From positions 1-30,194 of the forward strand of contig JBKBRF010000067.1 of NCBI GenBank assembly GCA_046292385.1: a DNA stretch of 30,194 bases, read 5' to 3'. The first letter of the stretch is position 1. Every line of letters begins with the position of its first letter. Origin of the DNA: Armatimonadota bacterium. GTDB lineage: Bacteria; Armatimonadota; SYMT01. The notes under the pieces were generated by a model. That model worked only from the letters and a program-made list of their open reading frames with translations, was not told the origin of the DNA and searched no databases. The position numbers and the translations under genes were made by a program. This document shows, in pieces, positions 23,983 to 30,194 of the stretch.

Positions 23983-25314
23983 TCACCGGAGCACCGCTTC
24001 CGCCATGCTGACCACCAGGTCTCTTCCGAAGCGCAGGCGGTCGTCAACGGACGGACGGCGCCCGAGCTTCGCGCTGGTGCCGATTCGCAGCTCCATCAAC
24101 AGGACGGGAATGCGCTTCTCCTGGTAGAGCGAGTTGGTCGTCCCCCGGCCGGTGCCAAAGGTAGGCGGACGGCTGGGATCGAAGCTGCTCCGGTTCACGA
24201 GCGATTGCTGGAACCGCTCTACCAGGGCGCGGGAGGCAGGGTCGTCCGCCAGGGTATCGACGTATTCCGCGGTCTCGGTGTTGTGCATGTTCACCATCAA
24301 GTCGATGGCGCGCCCGGCATCGACCTCCGCCAGGAGGAGCTTCTTCGTGTACCAGATCTCCGGCATGCTGGCCAGCAGATCTTTCGCGCGCAGATCGACC
24401 TCATCCCAATGGCGGTTCACGTCGTAGCCGTTCGCATTGAAGCGCACCTTGCCGCGGGCGCTGCCGTCCGGGTCTCCCATCGGAAGGAACCGAAAGACAA
24501 GCTTCCGCCGCAGCTCCCGAGCCCGCTCGTCTTCGGACGTGAGAAAGCGCAGCGCTCCCTCGAGCACGTACGACGTGCCGGCTTCCCAGGCGTGCTGCCG
24601 GGCCTGAAGCCAGACGGTCCGCTTTCCGGCGTCAGGGACGTGGAAGTCCGTTACGGTCACCAGGTGAAGGTCCCGTCCCTGTACCGTCTTCCCGATCACC
24701 TCGATCCGCGCCGCGGGCGAGCGGTCGATCTCCCGCAGCAGGCGGAGCAGGTCGCTGTGGGTGTACGGCGGCACGTGGGCGATCCAGATCGTGTCCGCCG
24801 CGGGACGGAAGCGGAGCGTCGCCTCCTTGGCCCGGTCATCCCATTCCATCTGGGGGAAGTGCCGCCACGTCAGCCCATCTTCGCTGTACACCGGAATCGT
24901 GTCGGCGCTCATCGGCACGGCCCCCGGACGGTCGTTATACTCGCCCACCAGGTCGGTCAGGGTCAGGGTGAGGTGCCGCCCGCGCACCCGGTCCATCCGG
25001 AAGTAGTACCAGGTGGCCTGGCGGTTCCGCCCGCGCTCGTCGTACTGCCCTTCCACGGAGCAGCGGAACCGCGTCTCGCCCAGCTTCTCGACCTTCCCCA
25101 GAGAAGCGCCTTCGAAGCTGGTGTTGAACGTAATCGCCGGGAGCGCCGGCCCGGCCGGGGCGGAAGGCGGCCGGCGGTCGGTGAGGGGCGTCCGAGCCTC
25201 TCCCCCGGCGGTGGCGCCTGCGATCAGCAAGAGCGGCAGGCTGGCTGCCGCGGCCAATCTCCAGCGCCGCCAGCCGAGAGCGGCATGATCCACCCACTTG
25301 CTGCGCTGCTTCAT
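23983..25314 (-). CDS. M14 family zinc carboxypeptidase (cytosolic-carboxypeptidase-like) with an N-terminal export signal
   Basis: FEGASLG, WYYF, HVPPYT, ARQHAWE (HxxE), GDPDG, NANGYDVNRHW, NMH, LMEL. Confidence 0.85.
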   Translation of the reverse strand: MKQRSKWVDHAALGWRRWRLAAAASLPLLLIAGATAGGEARTPLTDRRPPSAPAGPALPAITFNTSFEGASLGKVEKLGETRFRCSVEGQYDERGRNRQATWYYFRMDRVRGRHLTLTLTDLVGEYNDRPGAVPMSADTIPVYSEDGLTWRHFPQMEWDDRAKEATLRFRPAADTIWIAHVPPYTHSDLLRLLREIDRSPAARIEVIGKTVQGRDLHLVTVTDFHVPDAGKRTVWLQARQHAWEAGTSYVLEGALRFLTSEDERARELRRKLVFRFLPMGDPDGSARGKVRFNANGYDVNRHWDEVDLRAKDLLASMPEIWYTKKLLLAEVDAGRAIDLMVNMHNTETAEYVDTLADDPASRALVERFQQSLVNRSSFDPSRPPTFGTGRGTTNSLYQEKRIPVLLMELRIGTSAKLGRRPSVDDRLRFGRDLVVSMAEAVLR

Positions 25315-25499
25315 CGTCTTCGCTCCCGCCCCCGCGGAGCGCCTTCGGCATCCTGTGGCGCGCGTCCGGGAGGGTCCGCCCGCTCGTGCTTCCGCCCGGA
25401 GTCTTCGCCGCGAAGCCGTCCCTACGTACGCGCGTAAGGACGGCTTGGCGGCAGCAGCGACGCAGCGGTGCGCCGCAGTACTCCTGAATCCGTCGGAGA

Positions 25500-26501
25500 T
25501 TACGACCGCGACTTCGGCCGGGCGATGGCGCCGGTGCGAGCCGACTCGTAGATCGCGTCCATCAGCTCGCTCTGGTTGATGCCGTTCTGCGGGGTGGTCT
25601 GCGGCTCCGCGCGGCCCAGGATCGCGTCGATGAAGTTGTCGTTCGGGGTCTGGGCCTTGCCCTGCAGGTCGGGCTGGATCTCGCCTTCGCCGCCGCGGAA
25701 GACCTTGATCCAGGTCCCGCTCCAGCCGTCGACCTCCACCCGGCCGTTCTCGAAGATCAGCGACATCCCGATGCCGTTCACGGGGCAGTTGCCGCTGATG
25801 GTGATGGTGGCGAGGGTGCCGTCCGCGAAGCGGATGTTCGCGGTGCCATTGATGTCGACCGGCATGCCGTGGTTGTCGACGAACGCCTGCACCTCGCTGA
25901 CCGGCTGCTCCACGGTCCAGACCAGGCTGTTGAAGAGGTGCGCGCCGCTGTCATACATCTGGCCGCCGCCGGAGAGCTCCGGCTGCTGCCGCCAGGTGCC
26001 CGCGGTGGCCCGCATCCAGTTCTGCGCGAGCCAGCCGGAGACGAGCTCCAGCTTCCCCAGCTCTTTGGTGCGGACCACCTCTCGCAGGTAGCGGAAGGCC
26101 GGCGTGCACGGGGTGTTGTAGCCGATGACGAAGATCTTGCCGGTCTCCTTCACCTTCTCGGCCAGCTTGTAAGCCTGGTCCGAGTCGGTCACCATCGGCT
26201 TCTCCATCAGCACGTGGCAGCCGGCTTCCAGCGCCTGGACACCGTGGTCGTAGTGGAGCGTGTGCGGCGTTACGATCACCACCGCGTCCGGCTTTGCCTC
26301 CGCGTACATCTGCGCGGCGTCGGTGAAGAGCGCCGGCTTCGGCTCGTAGTCAGCCAGGTTCTCCTCTACGAAGGCGTTCAGGCACTCTTTGCTGACGTCG
26401 GAGAGAGCCACGATCCGTGCGTCCGGATTGTCCTTGAACCGGCGGGCGTGCACCCCCGCCATCCCCCCACAGCCCAGGATTGCCACGCGTACAGGCGCCA
26501 T
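25500..26501 (-). CDS. Gfo/Idh/MocA family oxidoreductase
   Basis: ILGCGGMA, VTPHTLH, MEKPM, GGGQMYDSGAH. Confidence 0.92.
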   Translation of the reverse strand: MAPVRVAILGCGGMAGVHARRFKDNPDARIVALSDVSKECLNAFVEENLADYEPKPALFTDAAQMYAEAKPDAVVIVTPHTLHYDHGVQALEAGCHVLMEKPMVTDSDQAYKLAEKVKETGKIFVIGYNTPCTPAFRYLREVVRTKELGKLELVSGWLAQNWMRATAGTWRQQPELSGGGQMYDSGAHLFNSLVWTVEQPVSEVQAFVDNHGMPVDINGTANIRFADGTLATITISGNCPVNGIGMSLIFENGRVEVDGWSGTWIKVFRGGEGEIQPDLQGKAQTPNDNFIDAILGRAEPQTTPQNGINQSELMDAIYESARTGAIARPKSRS

Positions 26502-26683
26502 GACGTGCGTCGTCTCCCACGATCGGACGGGTCCCCGAGCAAGCGCCCGAGCGGCGCGGCGGGGAAGGAAGAAGGAGGGGCGTTGCTGCCCCGTGGTACC
26601 GCCGTCCTTATATCACCGGGGATACCGGGCCACCGGGCGGTTGAAACCACGGCAACGACGGCACGAAGTGCCCCTGCGGGCAC

Positions 26684-27751
26684 TCAGCGGAGCCCGGTTC
26701 CGGCGTCCGGAGGACGCGTGGCCGGAGGCCGTCCAGCGAGGTAGTTCAATGCCTCGCGGCCCTGCGGGTGCCTCGCCCCTGACCGGCTGTACTCCCACGG
26801 AGGCGCGGCGAGCTGAAACGGTAGACACAGGACCGGTGCGGGGACGCGACACCAGCGGAGCGAACACGTCCACCGCACCGGCATAGACGTATCGACGCGA
26901 AGTCTGCGGCGCTTAAGTACGCTCCTCGGAAGGTTTTGGATCGGCAGGGCGCCCTGGGTCTCTACCACCTCCGGCAGGGCCAGGTTCATCAGCGCGGCGA
27001 GCTGGTCCGCGTTCACCCCCGCCTTCCCCTCGTAGTGGTTGTTGAAGAAGACGTAGGTCTTCTCGGTCTGCGCGGCGACCGCTTCGATCTTCGGCACCCA
27101 CTCCTGCAGCTCTTCCGCGCTGTAGAGATAGTTGTAGCGCTCCCACGCGTGCTCGTGCTTCCACCACTTCGCCGCATTGCGGCCGTGGAAGCGGACGTAT
27201 CCCACCGTCGAGGTGGCGGCGGCGAGCGGCGGCATCAGGCCCTTCAGGCGCGGCTCGTCGACGCAGCAGTAGCCGAGCCCGAGCGCGCGGAGCTGCTCGA
27301 AGGTCGCCTCGCTCACCCACTCGGAGTTGCGGAGCTCCACCACCACGGGGGTCTCCGGCAGCTCGTCGCGGAGCCGCTTCAGGTAGTCCCGGTTCTCCGG
27401 CGTCTGCTTGAACGCCCACGGGAACTGCGCCAGCACGCAGCCGAGCATGCCCGCCTCCCGCAGCGGCGCCAGCATCTGCCGGAACTCCTCGAAGACCTCC
27501 TGGCGGAAGTCGCCCCCGTGCGTCATGTCGCGGTGCGCCTTCACCGCGAACTCGAATCCGGCCGGCACCCGGCGGGTCATCTGCTCCGTGGCAGCGGGCT
27601 GCGGGATGCCGTAGTAGGTGGTATTCAGCTCCACGGTATGGAAGCGCCGCGCGTAGTAGCCGAGCATGTCGGCCGACTTGATGTCGCGCGGGTAGAAGTG
27701 GCCCTTCCAGTCCGCGTAGCTGTAGCCCGAGGTGCCGATCCGGATCTCCAC
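26684..27751 (-). CDS. DUF72 family protein (C-terminal ~80 aa look like non-conserved extension)
   Basis: GTG start, IGTSGYSYADW, VELNTTYY, LAQFP, YVRFHGRN, YLYS, FFNNH. Confidence 0.85.
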   Translation of the reverse strand: MEIRIGTSGYSYADWKGHFYPRDIKSADMLGYYARRFHTVELNTTYYGIPQPAATEQMTRRVPAGFEFAVKAHRDMTHGGDFRQEVFEEFRQMLAPLREAGMLGCVLAQFPWAFKQTPENRDYLKRLRDELPETPVVVELRNSEWVSEATFEQLRALGLGYCCVDEPRLKGLMPPLAAATSTVGYVRFHGRNAAKWWKHEHAWERYNYLYSAEELQEWVPKIEAVAAQTEKTYVFFNNHYEGKAGVNADQLAALMNLALPEVVETQGALPIQNLPRSVLKRRRLRVDTSMPVRWTCSLRWCRVPAPVLCLPFQLAAPPWEYSRSGARHPQGREALNYLAGRPPATRPPDAGTGLR

Positions 27752-27765
27752 CGTCTCTCTCCGCT

Positions 27766-28251
27766 CTACTCGCCGTCGCCGTCCTGCAGCCGCATCACGT
27801 AGTGGATCTGGCGCGCCACCTCGCGGAAGCCGAAGCGGGGATACAGCGCCTGCCCCCGCTCGTTCTGCTCCAGGGTCTCGATCTTGGCGAGGGCGAGGCC
27901 CTGCTCTCGCATCCACTCCAGCGCGTGCTCGATCAACCGGGAGCCGATTCCCTGGGCTCGGTATTCCGGCGCCACCGCCAGGTTCGGGATGCGCCCGATG
28001 CCGGTGAAGCGGTCGATCCGGGTAGTGATATACCCCGCGACCGCCTCGTCCACCTCGGCGACGAAGACCCCTTCCGGCTGGACCTCGCAGTCGGTGGTGA
28101 CGTCTCGGGCCTTCCGCTCGCGCCAGTCCCGTCCCGCTACGAGCCCGAAGTCGCGCTCGATGTTCCGGTCGATCGAGACGCCTTCGAAGCTCTCGACCGT
28201 GATCCGCTGGATGTGCGGTAAGTCGTGCGGGGTGTAGGTGCGGATCAACAT
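27766..28251 (-). CDS. GNAT N-acetyltransferase
   Basis: LAVAPEYRAQGIGSRL, NERGQALYPRFGF; start MLIRTY at 28251. Confidence 0.88.
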   Translation of the reverse strand: MLIRTYTPHDLPHIQRITVESFEGVSIDRNIERDFGLVAGRDWRERKARDVTTDCEVQPEGVFVAEVDEAVAGYITTRIDRFTGIGRIPNLAVAPEYRAQGIGSRLIEHALEWMREQGLALAKIETLEQNERGQALYPRFGFREVARQIHYVMRLQDGDGE

Positions 28252-28439
28252 CGGGATGGGGGTTCCGATAAGCGGGCGTGAGTGCGGCTTACGTAGGACA
28301 GGTTCTCTCCACGATGCCCCGGCCCCTGTGCCGATCTTCCCGGCCGGCACTCCAGCCGGAAGGAAGGCGAGCAGGCCGGGCTTAACTAGGCGGGAAGCTA
28401 CTGCCCGTGTGAGCGCCGTCACCCCCGGAGGTCTGGTTC

Positions 28440-29486
28440 GTGCTTTCCCCGTCCGACTACCGCCCCACCGCCCCCGAGCGCAGCGACTACGGCATCGGCA
28501 TCGTCGGCTGCGGCGGCATCGTGCGTCACGCGCATCTGCCCGCCTATCGCCAGTTCGGCTACCGCGTCACCGGCTGCTGCGACATCGACCCGGCGGCCGT
28601 CCGCGCCGTGCAGGAACAGTTCGACGTCCCGTTCGGCACCACGCAGGTGGAGGAGCTGATCTACCGGAACGACGTGGAGATCATCGACCTGGCGGTCCAC
28701 GCCAGCGTCCGGCGCGAGGTGATGGAGGTCGTCTCCCGCGCCGGCAAGCCGATCCTGAGCCAGAAGCCGTTCGCGATGAGCTGGGACGACGCGGCGGCGA
28801 TGGTGCGGACCTGCCGGGAGCGCGGCGTGAAGCTGATGGTGAACCAGCAGGCGCGCTGGGCGCCGGTCCACCGGGCGATCCGGCAGGTGATCGAGAGCGG
28901 CGTGCTGGGGCCCGTCTACAGCGTCGTCCACTTCGCCCGCGGATTTCAGGACGAGCCCGGTTCCTGGTTCGTCAACCTGGTCGACTTCAACATCGTCGAC
29001 CACGGCATCCACTACATCGACCTGGTCCGCTACTTCACCGGCAGGACTCCGCTCCGCGTAAAGGCGACCGCCGCGATGGTGCCGGGCCAGGTGGCGGTTT
29101 CGCCGATGCACCACGCGATCCTGATGGAGTTCGAGCCCGACGCGCACCTCACGGCGATGAGCCACTTCAACAACATCGTCCAGACCCGGGCGCTGCACGG
29201 CTACGACTGGTACATCGACGGCACCGAGGGAAGCGTCCACGGCACCTGGTCCGAGGTAGCCCTGAGCCTCAAGGCCGCGCCGGAGGTGAAACAGGTCTTC
29301 GCCATTAAGGGCCAGTGGTTCCCGGACGCCTTCGGCGGCAGCATGGGCGAGCTGATGCGCGCGATTCAGGAAGACCGGGAGCCGAGCACCTCCGGCCAGG
29401 ACAACCTGAACAGCATCAAGATCGCCTACGCGGCGGTCCGCTCCGCCGAGACGGGCCGGGCGGTGGAGTTGGCGGAGATCGGGTGA
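28440..29486 (+). CDS. Gfo/Idh/MocA family oxidoreductase
   Basis: IVGCGGIV..AHLPAY, SQKPFA, VNQQARW, DHGIHYID; GGAGG RBS. Confidence 0.92.
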   Translation: MLSPSDYRPTAPERSDYGIGIVGCGGIVRHAHLPAYRQFGYRVTGCCDIDPAAVRAVQEQFDVPFGTTQVEELIYRNDVEIIDLAVHASVRREVMEVVSRAGKPILSQKPFAMSWDDAAAMVRTCRERGVKLMVNQQARWAPVHRAIRQVIESGVLGPVYSVVHFARGFQDEPGSWFVNLVDFNIVDHGIHYIDLVRYFTGRTPLRVKATAAMVPGQVAVSPMHHAILMEFEPDAHLTAMSHFNNIVQTRALHGYDWYIDGTEGSVHGTWSEVALSLKAAPEVKQVFAIKGQWFPDAFGGSMGELMRAIQEDREPSTSGQDNLNSIKIAYAAVRSAETGRAVELAEIG

Positions 29487-29502
29487 TTATTCCGAGCCTG
29501 AA

Positions 29503-29747
29503 TCACCGCGGAGCACGCGAAGGACGCAGAGAGGACGCAGAGAGGACGCAGAGAGGACGCAGAGAGGACGCAGAGAGGACGCAGAGAGGGGAATCCAAGG
29601 GGAGAGGGGGACTGCCTGATCCGCCTCACGAGTCCCAGACAGCGGCCCCGGTTAACGACAGCGCCTGGTCCCTCTTGGCATTCTTGGCGTCTTGGCGGTT
29701 CAATTCCGGTTCGGGTTCTCTCCGCGTGCTCCCCGTCTCTGCGGTGA
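29503..29747. repeat. Palindromic element containing an 11-bp tandem repeat (AGGACGCAGAG)x6
   Basis: Six exact units at 29521-29586; flanks TCACCGC/GCGGTGA and GGAGCACGCG/CGCGTGCTCC; TCTTGGC three times near 29673-29696. Confidence 0.85.
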
Positions 29748-29766
29748 ATCCCTTAAGGAGCCTGCA

Positions 29767-30021
29767 ATGCGATTTATCGAGGTGGTTCAGAAGTGTAAGG
29801 GCGAGCGCGTCATCGTGAACGGCGCCGACGAGCGGCTGCTGGTCGACGTGGACGAGGACTTCCTGGTGCTGCAGGGCGGCAACCAGCAGGTGCGCATCAT
29901 GGAGTTCGTCAGCGTGGCGCACGTGGTGCGCCTCACCCGGCTGGAGTCGAACGCGGGCAGCACCATCGGCCTGGACATCGCGGTCTCCGTGACCGACCAG
30001 CAGCGCTACGCCCCGCGTTAG
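29767..30021 (+). CDS. 84-aa hypothetical protein
   Basis: AAGGAG RBS, strong GC3 codon bias, MRFIEVVQKCKGERVIVNGADERLLVDVDEDFLVL... Confidence 0.75.
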   Translation: MRFIEVVQKCKGERVIVNGADERLLVDVDEDFLVLQGGNQQVRIMEFVSVAHVVRLTRLESNAGSTIGLDIAVSVTDQQRYAPR

Positions 30022-30194
30022 CGATGTATTTAGGCGGGTAGTGCGGCGGGCTGCCCGCGTTGCGGCGAGGGAATGATGGGAATAAAGTAAAAGAGCGTGT
30101 ATAATTGTTTCAAATGACACGATTGTCTGTAGGCCATCCTACCGAGCGGTCTTCCCGTGGCCGCCCCATGCGCCCGCTGCTCCTGACGGACGAG

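Noticed and set aside
29521..29586. Possible CRISPR array
   Set aside because: Contiguous 11-bp units with no spacers, and no cas genes in the window.
30100..30194. TATAAT at 30100 and a CCTGACGGA word shared with about 3762 and about 15712
   Set aside because: No -35 element, the match is too short for GC-rich DNA, and the downstream context is cut by the window edge.

Overview
High-GC bacterial chromosomal window with three parts. (1) 1-3.6 kb: a secreted ComEC-like metallo-beta-lactamase-fold gene and a sigmaE-type ECF / zf-HC2 anti-sigma / RseB-LolA-like operon. This block is bracketed by an inverted ~71-bp duplication (1-71 and 3780-3850). (2) ~3.9-16.4 kb: an accessory sulfur/metal cluster. 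It encodes a YgaP-like rhodanese, TauE, a persulfide dioxygenase-rhodanese fusion, two SoxB-like metallophosphoesterases, an exported DsrE and thioredoxin, an orphan ECF sigma and Met/His-rich envelope proteins, but no SoxYZ/AX. Five copies of a promoter-like motif GAATCC-N14-(C/G)GTATC lie in this cluster. It also holds a likely unannotated 58-aa membrane selenoprotein (in-frame UGA, SECIS-like hairpin, U-x4-C) and a candidate ~110-nt sRNA defined by a promoter copy and a terminator. The cluster sits downstream of tRNA-Trp, and a degenerate copy of the tRNA-Trp 3' end lies at its far edge. (3) 16.7-30.2 kb: core or ordinary genes (sigH, tRNA-Thr/Tyr/Thr, rpmG, tRNA-Trp, accD, accA, a small coupled ORF, amidase, pheA, two GNATs, M14 peptidase, DUF72, two Gfo/Idh/MocA) with REP-like palindromic repeats. 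All calls come from reading the sequence and recognising motifs; no database searches were run.
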